Shown piece after piece: positions 34,616 through 46,339 of a stretch of DNA of 64,000 bases. Numbering within the stretch: position 1 is the first letter of the stretch; each line of letters opens with the position of its first letter. The stretch lies in the IMG/VR virus record IMGVR_UViG_3300042892_003674, one strand, 5' to 3'. The position numbers and the translations under genes are program-made. The stretch is from a virus. Taxonomy: Duplodnaviria; Heunggongvirae; Uroviricota; Caudoviricetes. The notes under the pieces are model-generated. The model was not told the DNA's origin, did no database searches, and worked only from the letters and a program-made list of their open reading frames with translations.

Positions 34616-34939
34616 ATGAAAAAAATCTTATCAATACTTATCCTATTATTCTTACTAACATCTTGTGAAGATAAAGGTGTAACCAGTCAAAAACTAACAG
34701 GTGACGAATCAACCTTACCCACAGAACTAAAAGGTCTTAAAGTTTATACCGTATCTACTGGTGATGGTAGCTACGTAAAAGTCGGTATTCTAAACAACCA
34801 AGCTATTTCTACGACATATCAATCAGGTAAACATTCACAATCAATAATCCTTTTGAATAACGAAACTAAAACAACAATCAATGTAGAATCAATTATATCT
34901 GAGAATGATTCTATTATAGTGATTAAAAAATCTAGATAA
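34616..34939 (+). CDS. lipoprotein
   Basis: LLTSC lipobox. Confidence 0.7.
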   Translation: MKKILSILILLFLLTSCEDKGVTSQKLTGDESTLPTELKGLKVYTVSTGDGSYVKVGILNNQAISTTYQSGKHSQSIILLNNETKTTINVESIISENDSIIVIKKSR

Positions 34940-36413
34940 TGAAAGTTATAAATTCAGAGACCGTATTACAATCTATGGGAATCTATGTTATAATAACCTT
35001 GTTGAACCTTTTAATAGGTACAGGTTATTGTTTAGTAAATTCACTAGATGATTATTATATAAACTATGTAGTGATTAGTCAATTGATACTAATACCAGTA
35101 TCTATACTAATCTCAATCTTTATCAATAAAAAAATATAAACAATAAACTTAAAAGAATTAAAATTATGGCATACACACGTGATGAAATAGAAAATAAACA
35201 CGGTCAATACATTGCAGATTTTTCTAGAGAGAAAGGAAATACTGAACTTGAGAAGTTTAGAAATTTTATTAAAGGTGGAAGTGGTGCTGAGTTTATCATA
35301 CCTGATAAACAAGGTTTAGACATGACTTGTATTGTTGATTTAGATGAAGGTCCAGAAGGTTATGCCTTAGTTTGTTTCAATCATCTTGGTGAAACTTTCT
35401 TTCAAACAGAAGATTGTTATAACCCAGATAAAGAATCAATTGTAGAATGCTTAAAAGATTATGATATTCTGTAAACTATGAACTTAAAAGTAAAAGATAA
35501 GGTTATACTAACCTGTGATGAAACAGATTTTGAAAACCAAGAACCGAGAAGAGATTGTATCAATAAAATAGTCACCATCAAACAAATCTTCTATGATGAT
35601 GATAATAACATTGATACATTCTTTGTAGAAGAGAATAAGTATGAATGGGTTCCTGAAAACATACTCACTAGAGTACCAAACAATATGACCCTACAAGAAA
35701 AAATCGATCTAGTCAAACAAGACATACTGACTAGGTTCCCAGATTGTCACCACACCATTAGAATACTTCTATGGGATGATAATACCGATATGGTTGAATG
35801 TAGACACGGAGACGGTGAAAAACTTTATATGTCTAGATACTATGATAATAAACTTACCTATGAAGAAATCGATCTAAGAGGTAGAGCCAATAGTATGTTG
35901 ATTGATGAAGAAGGAACTGAATACTTTCCAATGCCATACACAGACCATAGTATTACATCACAAGATTTTAAAAGCTGGTTGCAGTCAATAGATGATGATC
36001 AAACTGAATTAGAAGATTTGCACCTAGAATACCTAGCAGAGGTAAAGGCTAATAAACATTAAAAAATGAGTAAAATAGAATTATACTTAGTTAAATCAAG
36101 TTCAGGTTCCTATGATGATTACAGAGAATCTAATGAAACTATTATCTATGCTACCTTAGAAGCAGCAGAGAAAAGAAAACAAGAAATTATTGATTCTCAT
36201 AAAGAAAAGCCATTCCCATTCGATTGGTGTACCGAACAGGAGTTTGATGAACTTAGATGTGAAGATGGTAAAGTAACTGATGAACAATGGACAATCTATG
36301 ACCAATGGGATTCAGATAACTATAATGCTAGAGAGTTTGGATCAGCGTGGGTACAACCAGTTGAGTTAGACCTACAAAGCTGGAGAGAAAGAAAACTAGA
36401 AAGTCTACTATAG
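34939..36413 (+). other. four hypothetical ORFs, last with family B tag
   Basis: Closely packed ORFs; WRERKLESLL. Confidence 0.6.
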
Positions 36414-36445
36414 GTTAGAGATAAAAAAATCCGTATATTTGTAAT

Positions 36446-36838
36446 ATGAAACTAATCAAAGAAATAAAATCGAAAACCGGTGATATACACTTTAAACGAT
36501 GGGAAATACTTAAAACTCCCTTCGGCTCTATCTGGTTACACGCTATTCATAAAGCAGATACTGATAAACACCTTCATAACCACCCTTGGGACTTCATTTC
36601 AGTCGTTTTAAAGGGTTCTTATTATGAACAGACACCAAAGGGTAATAAGAAACAATACCCTGGTAAAATCAATGTAAGAAACGGTGAAGGATATCATAAG
36701 ATACTAGAAATGGTAAGTCCTGTTGTTTATACCTTATTCTTTGTGTCTCCACCAAAGAGACAGTGGGGTTATAGAGTTAGAGGTGAGTTTATAGATCACG
36801 AAACATATAGAGAAATGAAAAATAAAGGAGAGATATAA
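36446..36838 (+). CDS. cupin-like phage protein
   Basis: LH.IHKAD.DKHLHNHPWDFISVVLKGSYYE...YH...TLF...WG. Confidence 0.7.
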   Translation: MKLIKEIKSKTGDIHFKRWEILKTPFGSIWLHAIHKADTDKHLHNHPWDFISVVLKGSYYEQTPKGNKKQYPGKINVRNGEGYHKILEMVSPVVYTLFFVSPPKRQWGYRVRGEFIDHETYREMKNKGEI

Positions 36839-37871
36839 TATGAACATATTGACTCATGGTTGTCACTATGGGAAATAATGCCAGAAGACTTTACTCCACG
36901 AACATTAAATATAAAAAATATAGATATGAGAATTTTAGAAATTAAAGAAAAAGTACCACAAACAACAACGTTACCAGATGGTTCATATTTTGGTATATGG
37001 GGTGGTAGTGTAATTGAATTAGATTACAAAGGTAAAACTTATGAACTAACAACAGAAGAAGGTGTTAGAGGAATTGGTTATAAAGTAGTTGTAAACATCA
37101 AAGATGGTGTGGCAACGTTTACTGAGATTAAAAACTAATGTTAGTAGGTATCTTTGATTTACTGTGGGAAATAGTTGAAGGAATAATCAAGCTATTTAAA
37201 AAATAAGAATGGAATCATATCTAATTATATCATTGATAGGTATATCTATCGCTGTTACCGGTTTAATACTAATAAACTGTGATATAAAGTATAAAGGTAA
37301 ATGTATTCTACACGATTGGGAATATAAGTTTGAGTACGGTGACTATTGGAAATATACAGGATCATTCCTGAAATCCAATAGAAGATATGTTTGTAATAAA
37401 TGCTATAAAGAAATAAAGGAATAAAATGACGAAAGAACCTTGTATCTACAGAGGTCATAATACCGAAGAAAGAAGAGCTGCTATTGAAAGACCTGATGGT
37501 AAATCATATTGGGTAGACTTCCCAGATGATGAACCAAATGATAAAAATCTACTAACTTGGATTAAACCAATAGTAGAATCATTGACTATATCATATTGGA
37601 GAGATATAGCTTTAGATAAAACATTTAATATAAAAAGAGAACAGAGTGTCTGGGTAGAAGGACTATGGTTCTCATATGACTATAAAGACGGTGTAGTAGA
37701 AGTATATGATATAAGAAAAGATAAACATACTTTTGGTTCTATCTATAAGTCAGTAATGAGTTTATTCACAATTTCAGAAGAAACCAAACAAAAGATAAAA
37801 GATAGTATTGAAGATGTGGTAACTGATGTTACGTTCATTGATTATAAAGAAAATTCTAAATACATTAAAAT

Positions 37872-38180
37872 ATGATAATCAATAGTGTAAAAGAACTACA
37901 AGACATACTAATCTCTAGACCTGGTTACTTCGATAATATGTTAGAAGATAAGTTCAGTATAAAATTAGATGATCTTACTCCTGATAATATTAGTTGGGGT
38001 TCTATAGGTATGGATGACCTAGATAGTGTTGAAATGATTATGGACTTTGAAAAGTATTTCGATATAGAAATTCCAGATGATCTTATGAATAGTATTGAGG
38101 ATACAAATTTCTATGAGTTTTATAGTAAAGTATCTATAGCTAGAATTAGACAAGATAAATTAAACGAATTGGGAATATAG
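37872..38180 (+). CDS. acyl-carrier-protein-like protein lacking the Ppant serine, family B tag
   Basis: GMDDLDSVEMIMDFEKYFDIEIPDD versus ACP consensus GADSLDTVELIMEFEKEF.I.IPD. Confidence 0.75.
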   Translation: MIINSVKELQDILISRPGYFDNMLEDKFSIKLDDLTPDNISWGSIGMDDLDSVEMIMDFEKYFDIEIPDDLMNSIEDTNFYEFYSKVSIARIRQDKLNELGI

Positions 38181-40405
38181 TGGGTGTGGAAATAATTAAG
38201 GTAGGTGACTTAGTATCATCAAGAACATCATATCATCCACCAAAGATGATTTATGGTAACATTACAGAAATTAAAGATAGTAATGATGAAATACACGATC
38301 AATATGAAGTAATAACAGGAAACGGTGATAGAAACTCAAAACTAGAAGTCACAGTTAGTTATTTTGCGGAATTAGATGAAGATTATCATTATGATATAAC
38401 TGATGCAATAAAATACTTTGAAACTCCTTTAGTTAAAGTAGAAACTAATATGCACAATCTTGTATTTCATACAGATAAAAAAATAAAAGGTACATTTAAA
38501 CATTATAGAACTAAAATTACTAATATCAATAATAAAATAAACTTTCTAAAAAAACATAGAAATATAATAGAACAAAGAGAAGAGAAACTAGTTAGTTTAC
38601 TTGATAGATAAAGTTATGAAAGTGATGTGTGTTTATAATAGTTGTGAAGATTTAACTATTGGGAAAATATATGATGTTATACATTTGGAAAAATCTCGTA
38701 TATTACCTCGTATGTTACATTCTATACTTATTGTCAATGACAAAGATGAACAACAACTTTACTATATTGAAGATAATAAAAGAGTTTGGTTTGAAGATGC
38801 CACACCTTATATAAGAGATAATAAACTAAATGAATTAGAATTAGATAAATGGAGAGATAACCAAATAGAAAGTGTATTACAATGATAGTTAAATGTATAT
38901 CAACTAGTTCAACCTTTGATAGACCAGATGCTCTTCATTATAGATGGTTGACATTGGATAAGATTTATAATGTGATTGAATATAATAGTGATTTGACACA
39001 TTACGATATAAGAGATGATGGTGGAAATGTTTCATCATACCCTCAACATTGTTTTATGGATTTAATGTTGTGGAGGAATCAACAAATAGAAAGTGTATTA
39101 CAATGAGAGTGATGTGTATAAAGAAAATGATTTCTAGTGATGTTGTATTCTCTAGTATTAAAGTAGGTGACTGGATTGAAGTATATGAGAAATCTATATA
39201 CGATATGACTAATAAAGATCCCAATCATTCATCATGTTACTTTTATAGTCCATCACCTAGTAATGAGTATGCTTTTTATAAGAGTAACTTCATTACATTA
39301 GACCAGTGGAGAGAACAACAAATAGAAAAGTTATTGGATAATGAATAAGATAGTTTATACCGGACCAACCTGTTACTTAGGTCAATGGCATTTCACCACC
39401 TGTAAAACATATGATGTTCATCTGTATGAAAGAAGTGTGTATTATGTTATGGCAGATAATGATATACCTTATTATATAAATATGGGTAATTCACGTTCTA
39501 CATATATATCTCTGGAATCTGGAATTTTGGGTCTGTTCCCAGAGATAAATAGTAGTTTTATGACATTAGAACACTGGAGAGAGAATCAATTAAACAAGGT
39601 TGGAATATGAAATATGTTAAATGTATTTATAAAGGCAGATTTTTAGGTAGTCCATATAGTGATTTAACCGCAGATAAGATCTATGAGGTTATAAATCATA
39701 ATTCAGATACTAAACCTCATAATAACCCCACCTATACAGGTAATATATGGAACGAATCAATTGATATTATTAACGACAAAAATGAATTGAGAAATTACTA
39801 TCTAATAGATACTGATGGTAGATGGTTTGAAGATGTCACATCCGAAATAAGAAATGATAAACTAAATGAATTAGGTATATGAAAGTTATATGTGTTAAGA
39901 AGAGTAATTTCATCACCTTACAACAATGGAGAGAGAATCAACTAAATAAAATATTATAAAAAGTTAAAATAATATTTGGTAGTCTAATTTAGTTTACATA
40001 TCTTTGTATCTAATTTAATAAAATAATATGAGAAGAATTATCTGTAATTTCATCAGTAAGATTACCTCTGGAAAGATTTGTTTCGGTTGGTGTAAAAATT
40101 AAAACATAATCCACTCGTTAAAGAGTGGGTTTTTTAGTTTCATATGGAACGAAACAATTGATATTTTTAAGAAATGATAAACTAAAACAACTGGGAATAT
40201 GAAAGTGATGTGTATAGATCAATGTAATTTCAAAATGTGTGGATTTACTATTGAACCTGGTGACTGGTTAGAAGTTTATGATAATACCACAGATATAATT
40301 TCATATACATTTGAGAGAAATGGTAGTGAATGGTTTGTTGAGAAATATAAATTCATTACCGTTCAACAATTCAGACAGAAACAACTAGAAAAGATTGGTG
40401 TATAA
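38180..40405 (+). other. second tandem array of family B small proteins (7 plus a 26-aa minigene)
   Basis: C-terminal tags and overlapping stop/start codons. Confidence 0.8.
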
Positions 40406-40426
40406 AATCCGTACGTTTTTTATACT
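40399..40426. repeat. 28-bp palindromic site, copy 2
   Basis: TGTATAAAATC-CGTACG-TTTTTTATACT. Confidence 0.8.
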
Positions 40427-40518
40427 CTGTTTCACAGACTTAGAAGATGAAGACTTAATGTTTGACTTTTGTTAAAAAATAATGTGTTTTTTATTTAATA
40501 TATAAAAATAAAAATATT

Positions 40519-41282
40519 ATGATAATTAGAAAATTTAATGAAGAAAATGATAATCATTGGGATGATGATTTAGAAATTGAAAAGGGTGACTTAATAAAAG
40601 TAACCATGAAATTTGAAAACTTAATTGGAGTTGGATTTGTTTACTCTGAACCAGAGGAATCAAATCATTTAATTGTTGATTTATCTTGGCAAAGTGGAGG
40701 TTCAACAGAGTGTATGGAAATTAGTGAATTGCTTGAGACCCCACACACTAAAATAGAAGTTATTAATATATAACCAATAAAAATAAAAATATATTATGAA
40801 ACACATTAAAAAATTTAATGAGGATAATTCACAAACTAACACACAAGAACAAATGAAACAATTAGAAGATAAAATTATTGACTTGCTTGATGAAGCAGGT
40901 GAAAAGTTATCTAAGGATGACTTTGGAATACTTGCAGAGTCTATTATAGATTATATAGATGATATATCAAGAAGTAAAAGATAAAAAAATACTATATTAA
41001 AAAATATATAGTATATAAAAAAATAATATTATTATGATACACATTAAAAAATTTAATGATAAAGTAAATGAGGAATTTGGAGAACCTCTTAAAGATGTAA
41101 TGGGCACTAGAGTAGACCAACTTATAGAATATCTACAAGACTATAAACAAAAATTAGAATCAAGTGAAGATGAAGCTTATTCATTTGAGGATGAGACTGA
41201 AAAAGTAGATAAAATGTGGCAAGATGTATTCTATCCAGTACCTAATGACATCAACAGTAAAAGAAGTTCATTTAATAAATAA
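40519..41282 (+). other. three acidic small proteins with family A leader only
   Basis: MIIRKFNE, MKHIKKFNE, MIHIKKFND..VNEE; AATATATA motifs upstream. Confidence 0.75.
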
Positions 41283-41355
41283 TTTGAAAAAGACTAAATA
41301 ATTTGTTTAGTCTTTTTTTATTATATATCTTTGTAGTCTACAATAAGTAAATAAC

Positions 41356-41898
41356 ATGAGAAAATTAGAAGCAGAATTAGTTAAATCAATCAGAAATAAT
41401 GATATTGATACATTTAAAGTATTAGTAAGACTCATTGATGTTAATAAACCAATTAAAATCACTTATTATGATGATGAATTGTTATGTACCCCATTACAAT
41501 TTATCTCAAGACTTGAATATGAGAGAAAAGATAATCTAAGATATAATGGTGTACAACCTAAAACAGATTTCAATTCTGACTATAAATTCACTAAAATTCT
41601 GATTGAAAATGGAGCTGATGTAAATTTAAAACAAAAAGGTATAAGTCCACTAATCAATTTTACTCAGTATAATAACATTGAACTTGTTAAGTTATTAATT
41701 GAAAATGGCGCAGACTTATCTACAACTGATAATAATCGTATGACACCATTATTGATTGCAACTGATAACAAACATAAAGATTTGATGAACTTATTACTAT
41801 ATAAAGGTAGTAATATAAATCATAAAAATATAAATGGTGAAGATTATAAAGTAATGTATAACTATAATTTTCATAATATACTATTACCCAAATGTTAA
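41356..41898 (+). CDS. ankyrin-repeat protein
   Basis: LIENGADVN, SPL, LVKLLIENGADL, TPLLIA, LLLYKGSNIN. Confidence 0.88.
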   Translation: MRKLEAELVKSIRNNDIDTFKVLVRLIDVNKPIKITYYDDELLCTPLQFISRLEYERKDNLRYNGVQPKTDFNSDYKFTKILIENGADVNLKQKGISPLINFTQYNNIELVKLLIENGADLSTTDNNRMTPLLIATDNKHKDLMNLLLYKGSNINHKNINGEDYKVMYNYNFHNILLPKC

Positions 41899-41901
41899 AA
41901 A

Positions 41902-43032
41902 ATGATAAAAAAAATTGTATGTATTTCTAAAGAACATAATGGTAGTATATATAATGGAGTTATTGTTGGCGAAATATACGATATAGTAGAATACCTACCT
42001 ACTGTTGCACCAAATGGTAGATTTAGAATAAAAGGTAAATTAGAAGGGATAGAATATTCTTCTGGTATAAAAACAATTGATCTTTTCCCAAAAGAACTAT
42101 TTATTACCTTACAACAATGGAGAGAACAACAATTAAATAAGATTGGAATATGACACTAAAAGAATATATCGAACAACTACAAAAGTTCGCCGAAATGAAC
42201 CCCGAAACATTAGATATGGATGTTATCTACTCACGCGATGATGAAGGTAATGGATTCCAACAAGTTCATTATGCACCATCCAAAGGTAACTATGAAGATA
42301 TGGAGTTCCAAGAAGGTGATGAAGATGTAAATGCGGTTTGTATAAATTAAATAATATGGAAGAAATAGAAAACGTTTACAAAATTATACATGATGAAACC
42401 TATAATAACCAGGTTCTTCTTGATATAGAACTTAGTAAAATTAGTGATCAAAAACTAGTAGTAGGTATGTTATGTGACCTTTATGCCAAAGAAGGTTATA
42501 AAGCAGATAAAGACGCAATGATATTAAGTATGAGAAACTACTGTGATATAGAACACCTTAATCTACAAGAATGTAATGCTTACTTTATTGATAAAATGAA
42601 AGAATATAGATCAACTAAAGTAAAGGCACCAAGCGCTGATAAACTTAAACAATTTTTATCTATTCTTCAATTAAGTATGAAACAAGCAGTTGATGGTCAT
42701 GTTACCCTACCTGAAAATAAAGAGTATGTTGACTTTGTTAAAGAACTATCCAATGATGAATTTGAATTCTTCAAAAATATCCTAATTGGTCAAGAACTAT
42801 ATGAAGAAGTAACTAATATGATAAACATCAGATTGTAATGGCAACTACTAGAAAAACACCACAGCGAGTTTTCTGTGAAGATACCTCAACCCTTCTCAAA
42901 ACAATACGTTCTCATAAAGAACACGGTAAAACAAAGGTTATAAATGGGATAACGTATGAGATTATAGGTGGTGATATGTTATTTAATACAAAAACAAATA
43001 GAATAGAACAAGTTAAAAGTTTAGAAAGATAA
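41902..43032 (+). other. four small hypothetical ORFs, first with family B tag
   Basis: WREQQLNKIGI; YSRDDEGNGF motif in 42150. Confidence 0.65.
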
Positions 43033-43063
43033 ACTTTTAAAATCAATAAATAAAAATTAAACT

Positions 43064-44113
43064 ATGAGAGTAAAATTACTTTTCCTATTATTTCCCTTCT
43101 TTTGTCTAGCACAAATCCCTACATACTATACATCTATTGATTTCTCACAGACTGGTAACAATCTAAAAAACCAGCTTACCACTTTAATAACAAATACACA
43201 CACTACCTTTTTACCATATACAGCTACAGGAACTACTGATACTTGGGATGCTTTATATCAAACTGATTTAAACCCAACAAATACTAACAATGTTCTTTTA
43301 ATTTACGGTTGGGATGATAATGATAATGATTTCACAAATGATTACTCTCGTGATAAAACTTTATCATGTCATACGTCTTCATGTTCTGGTCTATGGCAAA
43401 GAGAGCATGTTTTCCCTCGTTCATTAGGTACTCCAAATTTAGGTTTTGAATTCGCTGGTTCAGATGCTCACAATTTAAGATCTATCGATGCTGACAGGAA
43501 TGGTGCAAGAAGCAACCGCATGTTTGAAGACAGTTCAAGCTCTGTGATGTCTTTTATTACGACATTAGGTAATTGGTATCCTGGTGACGAATGGCGTGGT
43601 GATGTCGCACGTATGATAATGTATATGTATGTTCGCTATCCTACTCAATGTGCCGCAACAAGTGTCGGTGCAGGAAGTACTACCTTCTCTGTTGATATGC
43701 CAAATGTTTTTTTAAATTGGAATGTAGCAGACCCTGTTTCTCAATACGAACTAAATAGAAATAATATACTTCAAAATATTCAAGGCAATAGAAATCCCTT
43801 TATTGACAATCCCTATCTAGCAACTGTTATTTGGAATGGTCCAAATGCTCAAAATCCTTGGGGTTCATTATCATCAAGCAATCAAAGTATTGCTAACATA
43901 TCAATATATCCTACTATAACAAAAAACATAGTACACATAACAAATCCTAACAACCAAAATTATCAATACTCTATTTTTAATACATTAGGTCAATTAATCA
44001 AGACCAATACCACTACTGATATTATAGATATTTCAAACAATTCAAAAGGAATATACTTTATCAATTTACAATTAGAAAATCAATCAAAAAATTTTAAAGT
44101 TATTCTAAATTAA
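43064..44113 (+). CDS. secreted endonuclease I-family nuclease with T9SS type A sorting domain
   Basis: Signal peptide; WQREHVFPRS, DAHNLR, RGDVARM..YM, NRNPFIDNP; C-terminal IYP..IFNTLGQLI..GIYFI..KVI. Confidence 0.9.
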   Translation: MRVKLLFLLFPFFCLAQIPTYYTSIDFSQTGNNLKNQLTTLITNTHTTFLPYTATGTTDTWDALYQTDLNPTNTNNVLLIYGWDDNDNDFTNDYSRDKTLSCHTSSCSGLWQREHVFPRSLGTPNLGFEFAGSDAHNLRSIDADRNGARSNRMFEDSSSSVMSFITTLGNWYPGDEWRGDVARMIMYMYVRYPTQCAATSVGAGSTTFSVDMPNVFLNWNVADPVSQYELNRNNILQNIQGNRNPFIDNPYLATVIWNGPNAQNPWGSLSSSNQSIANISIYPTITKNIVHITNPNNQNYQYSIFNTLGQLIKTNTTTDIIDISNNSKGIYFINLQLENQSKNFKVILN

Positions 44114-44132
44114 ACAGATCTTTATCCCTAAA

Positions 44133-44160
44133 TGTATAAAATCCGTACGTTTTTTATACA
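44133..44160. repeat. 28-bp palindromic site, copy 3
   Basis: TGTATAAAATC-CGTACG-TTTTTTATACA. Confidence 0.85.
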
Positions 44161-44298
44161 CTTTACTTGGTAGACACATATAATCTCCGTATCTTTGTAG
44201 TGTAATCTCGAAGAAAGTCGAGTAGTGGATGACGGGCGATGTGTAACACCAACACAGGAAGAGTAGACTCCACCCTATTTTTATATTTTTTAATATAA

Positions 44299-44326
44299 TG
44301 TATAAAAAACGTACAGATTTTATACA
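44299..44326. repeat. 28-bp palindromic site, copy 4 (inverted relative to copy 3, 27/28 match)
   Basis: TGTATAAAAAA-CGTACA-GATTTTATACA. Confidence 0.85.
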
Positions 44327-44338
44327 AAGAATCAAATA

Positions 44339-46163
44339 TTAATGAAAATGTTTATCAGAAAATAACCGATCGATGATTTTCATCCTCCTTATTGTATTAA
44401 ATACTGAAAGTGGCTCTAACAAACCACTACCAGTATTATAAGTTATATTCTTTAATCCCAACTTCCTCTCAATCGATTCCTTTATCCTCAATTTTAAATC
44501 CATAATCAAACCAATACCCCTATTGTTGTCATTAAACCACCATTAAACGTGTTCCTTGAAACATCTATAGCTCTTATAACATAAGTTACACCTTCATATA
44601 AAATCGTGTCTCCCACGTCAACTTTCGGTAACTCCTTCTCCCATACCTCAGAACATAAACCAGACTTAATGAAATCTATAATCAATACAACTCCACGACC
44701 AGTTAGGTTAAACTTATCCGTAACAACCAAATTATCCCAATTCTTCATAATACTTTCCTCCTTCTATATACAATACGATCCTCATCAAAAATACCAAAAA
44801 TCCTCCTTATCGCAGCCTTCCTCATTAAAACACGTAAGAACTCATACTCATAATCATCTATCATAACTATCATCTCAAATAGGTGATACTATTTTGATTA
44901 AAATGTAACTTAATATATTTCCACTCTAAATACTCCTTTGAATGTGTCTTGTCATAAATAACTAAAGAATCAATAGGTAAATGAAATAACCTCTCAACCT
45001 TTCTAACTCGCTGCAATCTTTTCATCATATTACCCTCTTTCTTTAAATTCATGACCCTAACTTAAAATCTTCTCTAACTTTATCTGCCTAATCTTTTGCG
45101 GTAAATCCTCAATAATTTCTGATCCACTTACCGAAATACCATCATATAAACATGATATATGAACCTGATGATATTTCTCATTATAAACCGAAGAGTTCCA
45201 AGTCATTGATGATAACTTCTCAATAATTCTTATCACCTTTATACTATGATAATCATTTAAACCAGGCTTCTCCTTCATAAGTATATCAAATACATCCTGT
45301 GCCAAAAACTCAGCAATCTTAGTATAATCAAAATCCTGACCACTAGTAGTAAAACTAAATGACTTATCGTCGTTCTCTATAAGAACATCAACCAATTCTC
45401 CAAAACTATTTTCAAATATCATATCCATGAGATCTTATTTGTTAAATTATAATACCAATCACCATTAGTCATCCCATCAGGTTTAAATAACCTGAAAATC
45501 TTTCCCATACGATTCATTACAACCCTATGCTGTCTAGGTGTTCTATTAGGCTTCGTACTCTGTGTATGCAGAGAGTGTTTCACACTACTACTACTCATAT
45601 CAATCCTTTCAAAATATGAATTATCTTCATCTTTCTTACAACACGTCTTCTCTCAATCCAACCAGGTAGATGAGAGCTCATATACTCTTCATACCACTTA
45701 TTATCCATTCAATATCCTTTTAATCTTTTTCATCCGTGAGTTCTTTCTTATCCACTTTAAATTCGTCGGTCTGTGAACTCTCTTAGACCATTCGGTATAA
45801 CCCATACCATAAGTGACTATCGGAAGCGCCATGACAAAATCCTTTTAATCTTATACTTTCTTGTTAGAATAACAGGTAACCTAGCTTCTCGTAACTTATG
45901 CTTTTTCCACCACCTCAATTGAGTAAAATCATTATTCATATAAAAATCCTTTTAATCTTATTCTTTCTTATTAGTCTAGTCGGTAGTGTAACGTGAAGTT
46001 TAGCACTAGGGTTCAGAATACCTAAACCAACATTTACTGCACTGTAGAGAGTAAAAATCTTTTTAATCTTTCTCTTTCTAGCAATCTTACTACTATAGGT
46101 TCCTTTCACAGCATAGTACGAACCCGGTGAAATACCTAAACTACCTTTTTTTATCGGTTCCAT
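44339..46163 (-). other. operon of about 10 small ORFs, most basic with an R-x-x-K-I-x-x-I/L-like motif
   Basis: RKRKIKKIF, RKNKIKRIF, RKYKIKRIL, RMKKIKRIL, RMGKIFRLF, RQIKLEKIL, RVRKVERLF, RRMKIIDRLF. Confidence 0.65.
45556..45587 (-). mobile_element. TA-flanked double-hairpin micro-insertion (30 bp)
   Basis: TA-GTGT-GAA-ACAC-T-CTCTG-CATACA-CAGAG-TA, in frame in ORF 45419..45598. Confidence 0.65.
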
Positions 46164-46338
46164 ACTTATTCAAAAACTCTTCTAAGATACATTCGATCAA
46201 TTCGTTTCTCTTATATTGGTTCGTCTCACAGTACAACTCAAACTGGTCATAAACCTCTTTGTTCATAAAGAAGTTTATCCTTTGCTTTTTTGGTTTAGGT
46301 GGTTTAAAACCTTTCTTCGCTCTTTCAAACATCGTCAA
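46141..46338 (-). CDS. ribbon-helix-helix (CopG-like) DNA-binding protein
   Basis: KQRINFFMNKEVYDQFELYCE..KRNELIECILEEFL strand-helix-helix pattern. Confidence 0.7.
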   Translation of the reverse strand: MTMFERAKKGFKPPKPKKQRINFFMNKEVYDQFELYCETNQYKRNELIECILEEFLNKYGTDKKR

Positions 46339-46339
46339 C

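Noticed and set aside
40423-40442. Fifth copy of the micro-insertion (TAAGTCTGTGAAACAGAGTA on -)
   Set aside because: It shares the CAGAGTA end and a GAA triloop but has only one hairpin and no empty-site comparison; left unconfirmed.
44200-44280. Self-cleaving ribozyme or riboswitch
   Set aside because: No hammerhead core (CUGAnGA/GAAA in the correct arrangement) or other motif I can recognise; kept only as an unclassified sRNA candidate.
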